Shown here: positions 1 to 10,587 of the stretch, one piece after another
Numbering within the stretch: the first letter of the stretch is position 1
Layout: each line of letters starts with the position of its first letter
DNA from: a bacterium
GTDB lineage: Bacteria; Bacillota_I; Bacilli_A; Izemoplasmatales; UBA1188
Assembly (NCBI GenBank): GCA_017541975.1
Contig: JAFXYB010000005.1
Coordinates: 534 to 64,533 of the forward strand
Direction of reading: 5' to 3'
Length of the DNA: 64,000 bases
Program-made: the position numbers and the translations under genes
Notes under the pieces: model-generated
The model's input: only the letters and a program-made list of their open reading frames with translations
Databases searched by the model: none
Told to the model about the DNA's origin: nothing

Positions 1-248
1 ATTAAATCTTTCTTGAGCGTACAACAGATACAACCATTTTGAAGGGCAACTAAGTTTTCATCTTTGCCACTTACAACGCCACCTTTTTCAATTAAATCAG
101 CATCAATATTTACTTCACCGATATCGTTAACGATAACGGCCATTTTATATCCTTGAGCATTTTTTAATAGATAGTTTATTAAGGTTGTTTTACCGCTTCC
201 AAGATAACCGGTAATAAGTGTAATTGGAATTGTTTTATAACTTGCCAT
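1..248 (-). CDS. CobW/COG0523-family G3E GTPase, N-terminal part; the gene runs off the window start
   Basis: Not in the ORF track because it is truncated. My reverse-strand translation from ATG 248..246 gives MASYKTIPITLITGYLGSGKTTLINYLLKNAQGYKMAVIVNDIGEVNIDADLIEKGGVVSGKDENLVALQNGCICCTLKKDL. It has the P-loop GYLGSGKTT and the CICC motif typical of COG0523. AAGGAGG lies upstream. Confidence 0.8.
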   Translation of the reverse strand, partial: MASYKTIPITLITGYLGSGKTTLINYLLKNAQGYKMAVIVNDIGEVNIDADLIEKGGVVSGKDENLVALQNGCICCTLKKDL

Positions 249-389
249 TGGTCAAAAATCCTCCTTGAATTTCTGCTCTTTAACAATACTATATTTTACA
301 TCAAAAATACTATTTTTAAACACTCAAAATGCAAAATTGAAAATAATATTTAATTTTCAAGTGTATAATAAAAATATGAGGTGATAGCA

Positions 390-1223
390 ATGCTTAATAT
401 CGGTTGTCATGTTTCTTCTTCAAATGGTTATGTGAAGATGCTTGAAGATACTATTTACATTGATGGTAATACCTTTCAGTGGTTCACAAGAAACCCAAGA
501 GGTGGCGCTGCCAAAGAATTAGATATGGATGATTTAAATGAATTTCTGAAACTCCGTGAAGAAAAAGTTTTTGGATTACTTCTTGCACATGCTCCATACA
601 CACTTAATGCAGCAAGTGATAAGGAAGAGACAAGAGAATTCGCTAAAGAAGTTTTTAAATATGATCTTGGAATTCTTGAAAAGATTCCTGGAAGTATGTA
701 TAACTTCCATCCAGGAAGTCATAAGGGTCAGGGAGTCGAAAAAGGAATCGAACTTGTTTCAGAGATTTTAAATGAAGTAATTGATGAAAATCAAAAAACC
801 ATCGTTTTACTTGAAACAATGGCTGGAAAAGGCACTGAAATTGGCTCTAATTTCAATGAAATTAGGAAAATTATCGATAATGTAAAATATAAAGACAAAA
901 TCGGTGTTTGTCTTGATACCTGCCATGTGAATGATGCTGGATATGATATTGTGAATGATCTAGATGGAGTTCTAAAAGAATTTGATAATGTTATAGGACT
1001 TAGGTATCTTAAAGCTATCCACTTAAATGATTCAATGAATGAAAGAGGGTCACATAAAGATAGACACGAAAAAATTGGTAAAGGTTTTATTGGTCTAGAA
1101 GCTATAGTAAGAATCATAAATCATCCACTTTTAAAGCACCTTCCATTCTTCCTCGAAACACCAAATGAACTTGATGGATATAAGGAAGAAATTGCATTAT
1201 TAAAGGAAAGTTATAACGAATAA
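390..1223 (+). CDS. nfo: Endonuclease IV (deoxyribonuclease IV, AP endonuclease family 2)
   Basis: The ORF 381..1223 carries Nfo signatures: [37 protein letters not shown]...[12 protein letters not shown] prefer ATG 390, with GAGGTGA 5 nt upstream, over GTG 381. Confidence 0.9.
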   Translation: MLNIGCHVSSSNGYVKMLEDTIYIDGNTFQWFTRNPRGGAAKELDMDDLNEFLKLREEKVFGLLLAHAPYTLNAASDKEETREFAKEVFKYDLGILEKIPGSMYNFHPGSHKGQGVEKGIELVSEILNEVIDENQKTIVLLETMAGKGTEIGSNFNEIRKIIDNVKYKDKIGVCLDTCHVNDAGYDIVNDLDGVLKEFDNVIGLRYLKAIHLNDSMNERGSHKDRHEKIGKGFIGLEAIVRIINHPLLKHLPFFLETPNELDGYKEEIALLKESYNE

Positions 1224-1256
1224 TAAAAAGGAAAACGTTTGCATAACTTCCCTTTT

Positions 1257-1721
1257 TTATATGATACAATCAATGTATTCAGCTTTAACAATTTCTTTTA
1301 ATTTTTCAGGATTAATCTCTATTTGAAGGCCTACTCTACCACCAGATACAAATATAGTATCAAATAGTATTGCGGTATCATTAATAAATGTTTTGAACTC
1401 CTTCTTCATTCCGATAGGTGAACATCCTCCATGGATATAGCCAGTTAAAGGCAATAGTTCTTTTTGTTTAATCATTTCTATAGATTTTACGTGAGCTGAT
1501 TTTGCAGCTTTCTTTAAATCTAATGTTTCATTGACTGGAATCACAAAAACGAAGTGTTCTTTAGTGTTTGATACTGTCACAAGTGTTTTGAAAACTTGTG
1601 ATGGGTCTTCTTTTAAAAGAGAGGCAACAATCTCTCCGTTTGTCTCACTATTATCGTATTCGTGATACTTATATTCAATTTTATTTTGATCTAAAATTCT
1701 TAAAACATTCGTTTTATCCAT
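1257..1721 (-). CDS. ybaK: Cys-tRNA(Pro)/Cys-tRNA(Cys) deacylase, YbaK/EbsC family
   Basis: 154 aa of typical size, with the motif TGYIHGGCSPIGMKK characteristic of YbaK trans-editing domains. Confidence 0.8.
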   Translation of the reverse strand: MDKTNVLRILDQNKIEYKYHEYDNSETNGEIVASLLKEDPSQVFKTLVTVSNTKEHFVFVIPVNETLDLKKAAKSAHVKSIEMIKQKELLPLTGYIHGGCSPIGMKKEFKTFINDTAILFDTIFVSGGRVGLQIEINPEKLKEIVKAEYIDCII

Positions 1722-1761
1722 ATATACACTTTATGCACACGTTTTTTGACTTAATTATAAC

Positions 1762-1788
1762 TAAAAAGGAGGCATAAATGCTTCCTTT
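1762..1788 (-). terminator. Candidate intrinsic terminator after the choline-kinase-like gene
   Basis: Minus-strand RNA forms AAAGGAAGCA-UUUA-UGCCUCCUUU (one G-U) followed by UUUAGUU. It overlaps the TAA stop at 1787..1789. Confidence 0.5.
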
Positions 1789-2653
1789 AAAGTGATTTTA
1801 TTATATCTCCATTGTGATTTAAGAAGAATAAAGCTACTTCTCTAAAATCCATTTTAAGTGGTTTATCATAGCCTAATTCTTTCTTCTTCATTGCGATTAA
1901 ATACCAGATACAGTTGATGGCGATTCTCCAAAGCTTAAGTGCTTTTAGTTCATCTTCTGTATAGTTTGGTTTATATATCTTAATGATATTTAATGAATCA
2001 TTGAAATCTAAATTTCCAAAAGATGCTAAATCAAATAGGTAGTCATTGTTCTTGGCAAACTCAAAATCTAATATGTAAACCTTGCCATCATTTAAGACTA
2101 GGTTACTAGGTTGAAGATCATTATGACAAGGTGACATTGGTCTTGATTCTAGGAAGTCTTTATTCTCTTTTAAAACATCATATTATTTGACGAATAAGTC
2201 ATCTAATTCGCAGTTTAATAATTTGATGTTTTCTTCAATAAACTCAAATGGTTTATAATCCTCTTTAAATAACTTATTTGAATCATGAAGTTTATGGAAG
2301 CATTCAGATATTTCTTTGTAGTAATCTTGATATTTTAGGTTGTTCATAGAACTGCCATCAATATATTCAAAAATTCTCAATTTTTCGCTTAAATATACAG
2401 GTTTTTGAATATTATCAAGTGCTTTTAATTTATCTAATGCATCAAGTTCTGTTTCCCTTTTTAAGAATAGATCATAACCCTTTGTGGAGATATGCACAAC
2501 ATACTTTTTATCGTTTGCTTCAAATAGATATGTTTTATTACTCATACCACCAAAAATAGATGATACATATTTGACATCTTTAAACTTTATATTTGTGCTT
2601 TTTGAAATTGCATTTTTTGCCTTAATTATATTCAATAATGATATGTCTTTCAT
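1787..2653 (-). pseudogene. Choline/ethanolamine-kinase-like phosphotransferase (APH/ChoK fold) interrupted by a single in-frame TAA
   Basis: ORFs 2183..2653 (N-lobe, FGGMSNKTYLF...YVVHI) and 1787..2137 (C-lobe, CHNDLQPSNLVL...ILDFEFA, the Brenner motif and DFE) are in the same frame, since 2653-2137=516=3x172. The read-through sequence is ...ELDDLFVK-TAA(2185..2183)-YDVLKENKDFLESRPMSPCHNDLQ. Confidence 0.75.
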
Positions 2654-2655
2654 AA

Positions 2656-3438
2656 TTACACCTCAATAAATTTAGTAGGTATTTTTTTATCAGAAACTGT
2701 AATTTTAGTGTTTATGATAGATTGATTTTTTTCTTTAAAATAGTATTTATATGTAAGTAATGCAAGATCTTTTGTATTACATTCGCTTGATAGGTGGAAA
2801 AGAACGAGAGATTGTGTCTTTTCTCCGACAAGTTCTGAAAAGAGTTTTGCACTATCTTGATTTGATAAATGGCCAGTATTAGATAGGATTCTATTAATTA
2901 AAACCCATGGTCTGCCACTCATCACAAGCATATCAGGTTCGTGATTAGATTCTAATATATAAGAATCTGCGTTTTTGAGATCATCACGAGGAATAAATAC
3001 TCCAGTATCAGTTAGATACACTAATACTTTATTATTATATTCAAATTTATAGCCTACAGGATCTTTTGCATCGTGTGATATTCTAAATGGAAGAATATGC
3101 AAATCATCAACATAAAAATCTTCTTCACATTTTATAAATTTGAATAATATTGGTGAAATCTTTTCTTTATCAGCGTCTGACAAAGATTTATAAGTGTTCT
3201 TGGTTAAATAGATTGTTGGAGAATACTTTTTTGCGATGCTCGCAAGACCATATATATGGTCAGTATGCTCATGAGTAACGAAGATTCCTTCAATATTATC
3301 TAAATCTTCGTTTAGATAATTTAATTTCTCTTTTAACCCTCTAGCACTGATCCCAGCATCCAATAAATAGTTCTTATTATTAACTTTAAGGAGAGTGCAG
3401 TTTCCACTCGAGGAACTGCAAAGAACACTAAATTTCAT
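2656..3438 (-). CDS. MBL-fold metallo-hydrolase (YycJ/WalJ-like)
   Basis: Has the HxHxDH motif FVTHEHTDHIYGL and a later TGHLSN, at 260 aa. Confidence 0.8.
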   Translation of the reverse strand: MKFSVLCSSSSGNCTLLKVNNKNYLLDAGISARGLKEKLNYLNEDLDNIEGIFVTHEHTDHIYGLASIAKKYSPTIYLTKNTYKSLSDADKEKISPILFKFIKCEEDFYVDDLHILPFRISHDAKDPVGYKFEYNNKVLVYLTDTGVFIPRDDLKNADSYILESNHEPDMLVMSGRPWVLINRILSNTGHLSNQDSAKLFSELVGEKTQSLVLFHLSSECNTKDLALLTYKYYFKEKNQSIINTKITVSDKKIPTKFIEV

Positions 3439-3581
3439 ACCTAAATTATAACATATCGTTAAACATATGTTTATTTTTTGTGAATTTTTGCTATATCTTG
3501 AAAAAACGATAAAATTTCTTGTTGTTTTTTATTATCATAAATGATAATATATATCTCGGACAAAAATAAGGAGATTTAATT

Positions 3582-6500
3582 ATGGGTAATTTTGGAAAAA
3601 GAATTCTGATCGTTTTCATTGTAGTACTAACTTTAGTCTGCCTAGTACTAGTAGGAAACGCAATTCAACAATCTGAAAAGATACACAAAGTCAACAACTC
3701 TAAGGAAGTCGTTTATGCATTAAACGATGACATTAAGATAACTAGAGGTGATTTGTGGCATACTATCGTAAATGGTGGTTCAATCGCAACTATCGTTGAA
3801 ATGTTGGATGGTAAGTTATTAGAATCAGTAGCAAATGATCTCAGCGCCGAAAAAATCGCTAAAAAGAGATTAATGTTAAAATACGGAGTTGCTAATGATG
3901 AAGAATTAGCAAAACTCGATGAGCAGACAAAAACTGAATTGGAGGAAACATACGCTAATAGACTAGCTGTTCTTAACATTACTGATGAAGAATATGTTAA
4001 AACAATGGCTGCTTACGACGAATATGCTAGAAGCTTGCTTGAAAATGCGGAAGATGGCAAAGTCACAATCGGCAGTAAGACTATTGATTTATCAGAACAA
4101 GCTTTAAAAGAAGAATGGCTAAAGGGCTATAACGATACAGAAGCTTTAATTATTAGATTCTATAGCGAAAAAGACGCTACAGATTATATGGATAAATACA
4201 ATGCAAACACTAAATACGTTCTTATTTCAGATAATAGCGCAAATGAAATTCGTTACTATGTAGGTGATTCTATGTATACACCTGAACGTGATGTATACGA
4301 TGAATATAAAGTTGTATTAAATGAAACTGGCGATTTAGTTACTGTTGATGAAGAAGTTGAAGTTACAGAAGGTAGATTTGAAAAAGTGCCTTTCGCATAT
4401 ATACTCAAGAACGATTCTGGTTATATTTGGGATTCAGAATACGAAGCATTCGTATCTGGCCAAGATGAAGAAACAGGAAAAGCTACAACAACTACAACAC
4501 TCTTAATTCCAACAAAAGCTGATGAAAAATACTATATCATTGAACCTTACACAGGAACAGGAGAATGTAAATGGCAAGCTAGACTTGTTAAAAAGTCAGT
4601 TTCTGATGGCGCTGATGGATTCGTATGGGAAGCTGTTGCTGATGGCGAAGTAATCGTTGACAACAAATATAAAACATATGAAGAAGCTAAAGAAAGCGAT
4701 TCAATGAGTTTATACAATACTGCAGCTTTAAGTTCTGAACAAATTTTCGACTATTATGTAGATTTATATAATACATATTATGCAAAACAAGGCAGAACTC
4801 AAATTATGACAACTGTAAATGAAGCTGATGTTATCGCTTTAGTAAGCAATCTTGATGAATTCAAAGCATATGGTTATGTTGTACAAGATGGTCATATTTA
4901 TCATTACGTAGGTAATGAAGAATATATTGTAGATTTCGAAAATTCAGTTAATGGTGAATTAGTATACAAAACTTATGGGAGCAACAATAGATACGTTCCT
5001 AACTATTTAATCTCGAGAGATGCTGATGGAAATCCTATCTTCGGTAACAATAATGACTTCGTTTATATCTTAGATGAAAATGGTGAATATCAATTCTTAG
5101 GTGTTAGCATTGATGAAGCTACTTCATTCGAAGTAGGTGTTAACTGTATCGAATCTTCAAGACAAGAATTATTCTCTTTATACAAACTCTTAAGTGTTGA
5201 AGAAAATAGCGAACTCAGAATTGTTTACGACGAACTTGTACAATCTATGCCTGCTCTTGCAACACAAATCTTCGTTAACAATACTGGTAGTTACTTCTTA
5301 AATGGACCAACTGAACTTAAAGAAACTTCTAAGAATTCAAATGATGAAGAAGTTACAACAAGCGATTATTGGTACATGGTTTATAAACTAACACCAACTG
5401 ATAGAAACGCAACTAAATGGAATGATGCACTCTATCAAGAACTAAAAGCTAAAGCAATCGAAGATTATGTTGCTAATACATCACTTGTAAATATGGCTCT
5501 CGCATCTTTAAGAAAAGAAGCTGGATTAAAGATCTACGATAAATTCTATTCAATTGATTACGTTCAAACACTTCTTTCTTCTACAGATGAATCTAATACT
5601 TATGGTTTATCTTCTGAAAGCACTGCAAAAGAATGGTTTGAAGCAGCTTCTTATAAGAATAATAAAGTTGCTGAATTAACTAAAGAAGTTACACTCAAAG
5701 CAAATGGAAAGGAATATACTACATTAAAATATAAAATTGATGGTGGCGCTATCGTTGACTACTGCTTAGTTCATAGCCCTGCAACATATATTTCGCGTGC
5801 CGTTCTTGAAAAGAAATTACTCACTATGGATGAATTTGAAGTTATTCATGGTGTTCCATATAATAAAGTAGATTACTTGACAAGTAAAAACTGGAAACAA
5901 GTTGAATATCGTGAAGCAACTGAAAACGTAGCCAACAACTATAACTACTATTCTCAAATGTATGCTTACTATGGATTACAATTCAACTATGATTCTGCAG
6001 AAGACTTCTTATATTCTTATGGCTCTAGAACATATGATGAATTAGTTCTCAACCTTGAAAAGAACACAATGAGAAATGTCTTCTTAGCAAATCACTTCCT
6101 TGGTAGTTACAATGTTAACTTAAATGAAACATTTACACCAAATGCTAATTTCACTGAATTAATGAATGATATTGAATCAATCACAACTAATTACTTCGAT
6201 GCTATTATCAACCATATCTTAGTATATGTTGACTTCAATTTAGATGGCACAGTTGATAATTTCTATGATAGTGCAACTGGCAAATACAACGTTACTAAAG
6301 AAACTGGTAAACCTGGTATCGATAACGAAAAGTGGAATGTTTTATTAGATGGTTTATATGACCGTATGGTTGAATTCATTGAAAGAGATGATTCACTAAC
6401 TGATGATAATGCTGATGTATTAGATGAATTAATCACTGAATTCAACAATGCTTCAAGAGAAGTTGATAATAATGGCGACTATGTAGATGTATTTGGTGAA

Positions 6501-7124
6501 GCTAAAGAATATGGTATTTGCTTAAAACATGAATCTCTTGGTGAAATTAACACTAACACTATTCAAAATTATGTTAAAGGATTCATTAAAGGTTTAACAG
6601 AAACTAAAGCTCATTATGATGCATCTGATAAAGATTTACGTCCTTATGGTTTAAGTACTGACTTCTATGATTCAGATTATGGTACACACTTAATCATTCT
6701 CCGTAAGGCAACTAACTACGAAACTAAGTTCAACTATTCTAATGAAGATGGCAGTTTAGATGGATACACTACTGCTGCAATCGTAAACGATAATGATACT
6801 GTAACTGCAGCTCAAATTGCATTATATATTCAAGTTCAATTATGCAACAACATCTTCGGTTCTACAGACTTACCAAGAGAAAAAGCTAAACAAGCTGGTT
6901 TCGAAAATTATTATCCAGCAATCACAGCTGAACTTTCTAACAAGATTACTGCAGTTTATGGAACTTATCTAAAGTTAGTATTAGATTTATCTAACACTTA
7001 CGACTCTTCTTATCTAATCTTAAAAGAAATGGCTACTAATCCTGGTGAATTTGGTGCTTGCATCAACGCAATGGCTAAGACATATGAAAATGCTGTTTAT
7101 GCAGGATTTAGGGATGGTGAATAA
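3582..7124 (+). CDS. Giant (1180 aa) N-terminally membrane-anchored extracytoplasmic protein, distantly PrsA/SurA-like
   Basis: AAGGAG SD and an N-terminal TM helix (ILIVFIVVLTLVCLVLVG). The following segment, KITRGDLWHTIVNGGSIATIVEMLDGKLLE, resembles the PrsA/SurA N-domain. Parvulin-like edge motifs (INHILV ... DYGTHLIILRK) are separated by a large insertion. It is a paralogue of the next gene. Confidence 0.5.
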   Translation: MGNFGKRILIVFIVVLTLVCLVLVGNAIQQSEKIHKVNNSKEVVYALNDDIKITRGDLWHTIVNGGSIATIVEMLDGKLLESVANDLSAEKIAKKRLMLKYGVANDEELAKLDEQTKTELEETYANRLAVLNITDEEYVKTMAAYDEYARSLLENAEDGKVTIGSKTIDLSEQALKEEWLKGYNDTEALIIRFYSEKDATDYMDKYNANTKYVLISDNSANEIRYYVGDSMYTPERDVYDEYKVVLNETGDLVTVDEEVEVTEGRFEKVPFAYILKNDSGYIWDSEYEAFVSGQDEETGKATTTTTLLIPTKADEKYYIIEPYTGTGECKWQARLVKKSVSDGADGFVWEAVADGEVIVDNKYKTYEEAKESDSMSLYNTAALSSEQIFDYYVDLYNTYYAKQGRTQIMTTVNEADVIALVSNLDEFKAYGYVVQDGHIYHYVGNEEYIVDFENSVNGELVYKTYGSNNRYVPNYLISRDADGNPIFGNNNDFVYILDENGEYQFLGVSIDEATSFEVGVNCIESSRQELFSLYKLLSVEENSELRIVYDELVQSMPALATQIFVNNTGSYFLNGPTELKETSKNSNDEEVTTSDYWYMVYKLTPTDRNATKWNDALYQELKAKAIEDYVANTSLVNMALASLRKEAGLKIYDKFYSIDYVQTLLSSTDESNTYGLSSESTAKEWFEAASYKNNKVAELTKEVTLKANGKEYTTLKYKIDGGAIVDYCLVHSPATYISRAVLEKKLLTMDEFEVIHGVPYNKVDYLTSKNWKQVEYREATENVANNYNYYSQMYAYYGLQFNYDSAEDFLYSYGSRTYDELVLNLEKNTMRNVFLANHFLGSYNVNLNETFTPNANFTELMNDIESITTNYFDAIINHILVYVDFNLDGTVDNFYDSATGKYNVTKETGKPGIDNEKWNVLLDGLYDRMVEFIERDDSLTDDNADVLDELITEFNNASREVDNNGDYVDVFGEAKEYGICLKHESLGEINTNTIQNYVKGFIKGLTETKAHYDASDKDLRPYGLSTDFYDSDYGTHLIILRKATNYETKFNYSNEDGSLDGYTTAAIVNDNDTVTAAQIALYIQVQLCNNIFGSTDLPREKAKQAGFENYYPAITAELSNKITAVYGTYLKLVLDLSNTYDSSYLILKEMATNPGEFGACINAMAKTYENAVYAGFRDGE

Positions 7125-7126
7125 TT

Positions 7127-9601
7127 ATGAAGATTAAAAGATTACTTCTTACTATTTGCCTAGCTATTTTATCAATCACATTAGTAGCTTGTGGTGGTAA
7201 CACTACAACTACTACTAATAGTGATGGAGATCCAGAATACGAATATACTCAACCAACAATTTCAAACCCTGAACAAGTAGTATATTCTAAAGATGGTCTT
7301 TCTATCACAAAAGCTGATATCTATAAAGTATTAAAACTCAATGGTGGTATGGATGAACTCTTACTTGCCATTGATGAAAAAATGCTAAGCGATAAAATCG
7401 CAGCTGTTTCAACTACCAGTGAAGAATACACTTCAAGATATAAAAGAGTTGTCTATGGAACAGATGACGATGATGAAATCGCTAAGTTAGAAGATAAAGA
7501 AGAAAAAGAAAACAATTTCAATACTTCTCTTAATCTTTTAGGTTTCACAACACAAGCTGATAAAGAAAAATATATCAAAATCTTAGTCGCAAGAGATCAA
7601 GCTGCATATGATTATATGAAGGTTGATGCTAAAGCTGACTCTCATGGTTCTTTCTACTACACTGTTTCTACTGTTGAAAACTTCTATGGAAGTACTAAGA
7701 ACGTTGATTCTAAAGCTAAAGCTATCGTAATTAACTACAAATCAGTGAATGAATTCTATGATGCTCTTGCAACTATCGATGGAAACATCGCTTTATATAA
7801 TGGTAAATTCTACAAGAATCCAAACAATGTTTCTAGAAGAAACTATAGTGAAGAAACTTTAACTGCAATCACTACTGATGAAGCTAAAACAATCTTCCAA
7901 ACTCTTTATACTAAACAATATGGCGCTTTCACTGAAGCTAAAGAATACGATTATAACAATCTTCAAAGTGCTGCACCAACATTCGCTAATATCCTCTTCT
8001 CTTTAAATCAAGATGAATATACATATGTAGCTACTAAGAGTAGCCTTGAATATGGTGATGCATTCTCTATTGCTTATAGAACTGAAGGACAAGCTAAAGG
8101 CGAATGGAAGACTTTAACTAGTGAAGAAAAGAATAGTGTTGAAAATGATTTCTGCGAATATATCACTAAATCAAGCCAATATGTTACAACTATTATGGGC
8201 TTAGTAAGAAGAGATAAAAACATCAAATTCAATGATATGAGTTTCGGTTATAAATACTATACTACTTACTGTGGCACATATAAATTTGATACAAATGGTG
8301 ATGCATCAGTTTTAGCTACATGGGATGGCGGACAGTTAACTGTAGATGAATATTATGAATATGCTACTAATAATAACCTTGCATATTACACTATCTATGC
8401 AGCAATGCCTAAGTTAATTGAAAAGACAGCTTATTTCAGCTTAGTATATGGTGCTAATACAGATGTTCAAACTAATGCTTCTTTAAGAAAAGCTGAATAC
8501 ACTAAGACAGTTAATACTGACTTAAATTCTAATTATGTAGAAAGCCAAATGCATTTTAAGAGTGTTTATCTATATGATAAATATGGTGTTGAAACTGTTG
8601 AAGATGCAGTAATCTACAACAAGATGATTCCTGATTTCCAATATTTAATTGGGCTTGAAGGAATGGGCACTGTTTTAGATGATGAATTAAATGTAAACGA
8701 TGCTACAGCTACAAAATTAGAAAACTTAATCAATAACGTTTATAACAACTACTACAATGTAAGAATATATGAATTAGTAGTATCGTTAGATGATGATTTA
8801 GATTTCCAACGTGATAATGGTTCTACATATGATCATAATAAAGTAGATGAATTCTTTACTTTAGTTAAAACTGAAATAAGTAAAGACGATGATGGCAATG
8901 ACAGTAGTGAAAATTTAACTGCTGCTCTACTTGAAACTAGAGTAAATAGATTAATATCTGTTTATAATGATCCTTATAAAGATACAAATGACACTTTCAA
9001 TGCTATAAGACAAAACAACTTCTACTTAAAATTTGGAGGAATCAACGCTGGTAATGCTCTTGATAGTATCAGTTATAAAGATAAATGTACAAAAGAAATG
9101 AATGCAGCTATTCTAGATGCATATCAAGAATTACTCACAAGTGACAATAAACCAAGTGAAACTGTTGCTTATACTTATAGTAAAGTTGTTTATGATGAGA
9201 ATGGCGCTCACATTCTCTTCCTCTTCCAACCAGTAGAAAAACCTTCTTATAAGTTAGAAGAAACTGGTGATTATAGTGAAAAATTCTTAAACGAAGAAAA
9301 CAAGATGACTGTTGAACAACTCTCACAGGCATATTATGTATACGTATTTAAGAAATTATTCACTGATGCTTCTAAAGCATCTGAAACATATGGAATTCAA
9401 AACTTCCCTGGTGCTCCAACTAGTCTGAATTTTGATAGTTATTCATCTGTAATCGCAAGTTATTATTCGAATGATTCATATGCAAATTTATACTATATTG
9501 ATAAATTATTAGGCTCTTCTAATGCTCAATTCGATGCTAAACTTCAATTAGTTAAGGATTACATTAATGTATTCCTACCAAAAGTAGATTATTTCGAATA
9601 A
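7127..9601 (+). CDS. 824-aa lipoprotein, PrsA/SurA-like paralogue of the upstream gene
   Basis: Signal peptide with lipobox LVAC-GG. LSITKADIYKVLKLNGGMDELLLAIDEKMLSDK resembles the PrsA N-domain, and the C-terminal NGAHILFLFQ aligns with GTHLIILRK of the neighbour. The gap to the upstream gene is 2 nt. Confidence 0.5.
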   Translation: MKIKRLLLTICLAILSITLVACGGNTTTTTNSDGDPEYEYTQPTISNPEQVVYSKDGLSITKADIYKVLKLNGGMDELLLAIDEKMLSDKIAAVSTTSEEYTSRYKRVVYGTDDDDEIAKLEDKEEKENNFNTSLNLLGFTTQADKEKYIKILVARDQAAYDYMKVDAKADSHGSFYYTVSTVENFYGSTKNVDSKAKAIVINYKSVNEFYDALATIDGNIALYNGKFYKNPNNVSRRNYSEETLTAITTDEAKTIFQTLYTKQYGAFTEAKEYDYNNLQSAAPTFANILFSLNQDEYTYVATKSSLEYGDAFSIAYRTEGQAKGEWKTLTSEEKNSVENDFCEYITKSSQYVTTIMGLVRRDKNIKFNDMSFGYKYYTTYCGTYKFDTNGDASVLATWDGGQLTVDEYYEYATNNNLAYYTIYAAMPKLIEKTAYFSLVYGANTDVQTNASLRKAEYTKTVNTDLNSNYVESQMHFKSVYLYDKYGVETVEDAVIYNKMIPDFQYLIGLEGMGTVLDDELNVNDATATKLENLINNVYNNYYNVRIYELVVSLDDDLDFQRDNGSTYDHNKVDEFFTLVKTEISKDDDGNDSSENLTAALLETRVNRLISVYNDPYKDTNDTFNAIRQNNFYLKFGGINAGNALDSISYKDKCTKEMNAAILDAYQELLTSDNKPSETVAYTYSKVVYDENGAHILFLFQPVEKPSYKLEETGDYSEKFLNEENKMTVEQLSQAYYVYVFKKLFTDASKASETYGIQNFPGAPTSLNFDSYSSVIASYYSNDSYANLYYIDKLLGSSNAQFDAKLQLVKDYINVFLPKVDYFE

Positions 9602-9619
9602 TATAGTAATAAAATTAAT

Positions 9620-9649
9620 AAACAGGTTGCGTTTCGCAACCTGTTTTTA
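9620..9649. terminator. Bidirectional intrinsic terminator between convergent genes
   Basis: AAACAGGTTGCG-TTT-CGCAACCTGTTT, a perfect 12-bp stem, flanked by an A-run on the left and a T-run on the right. Confidence 0.85.
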
Positions 9650-9660
9650 TATGGAAAAAT

Positions 9661-10587
9661 TTATTTTGATAATTTGTGTTTATAATATTTATCACGTTCA
9701 TTAACGTAAATTTGTTCGCTAAATTCACCAACTTTAGTCTTTTCTAACGCTTCAATTGTCGGCTGAATTTTTGCATCTGCGCTATCTACTAAATGAACAA
9801 TCAAAGCCTCAATTATTTGTGGACGCTTTGGCGAACCAAATTCACCATCTAAATGATGAGATAAAGTTACATGTTTTAATAAAAGAACTTCTTCTTCACC
9901 TTCGTAGCCAAGTTTATATGCAGTCTTTTCTATTTCTTGGCCTATTAAAGAAACGTGACCTAGTAGTTTTCCTTCTACTGAATATTCGTTTTCAAAGCCT
10001 TTAATTTCTTTGACTTTCATTATATCATGAAGGATTATTCCTGATTTGATTAAATCTAAATTGATATGTGAATAGATGTTTGTATATGCAATACCGAGTC
10101 TTAATGCATTATATGTGTGAAATAATAGACCATTTTTATAGGCATGATGAAATTTTGTGGCAGCTGGATAAGTAATAAATTTATCTTTATATCTTTCTAC
10201 TATATCTTTTGTGATATCTTTTAAAACCTTATTTTCAATTGATTCGATGGATTTCATAATATAATTCATAGAAATTTCTTCATCAACTTCAACATTTCCT
10301 AAGATTTTATTTTCGATTATATCTTTTTCTTTTGCCGATAATGATTCCATTTCTTTGAGTGGAGTTATTTCACTAACATAGATATGAATTTTTGTTTTAT
10401 ATTGATCACCAATTCCATTAATATGATAGATTGTTCCTTTTTCTACCTTGATATCATATTTTAGTCTTACGACAACTTTATCACCATTTTCAATCTGCAT
10501 TATCACAGGATATGTATCATGATTTGATGGAGTAAAATCAGTTACTATACCATAAAAATCATATTTTTCTTTTTCGTATACAATCAT
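9661..10587 (-). CDS. yhaM: 3'-5' exoribonuclease YhaM (OB-fold plus HD domain)
   Basis: N-terminal OB-like region followed by HD-domain motifs (FHHAYKNGLLFHT, ILHDIMK, LSHH). The ATG overlaps the pullulanase stop (ATGA), and AAGGAGGGA is the SD. Confidence 0.8.
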   Translation of the reverse strand: MIVYEKEKYDFYGIVTDFTPSNHDTYPVIMQIENGDKVVVRLKYDIKVEKGTIYHINGIGDQYKTKIHIYVSEITPLKEMESLSAKEKDIIENKILGNVEVDEEISMNYIMKSIESIENKVLKDITKDIVERYKDKFITYPAATKFHHAYKNGLLFHTYNALRLGIAYTNIYSHINLDLIKSGIILHDIMKVKEIKGFENEYSVEGKLLGHVSLIGQEIEKTAYKLGYEGEEEVLLLKHVTLSHHLDGEFGSPKRPQIIEALIVHLVDSADAKIQPTIEALEKTKVGEFSEQIYVNERDKYYKHKLSK

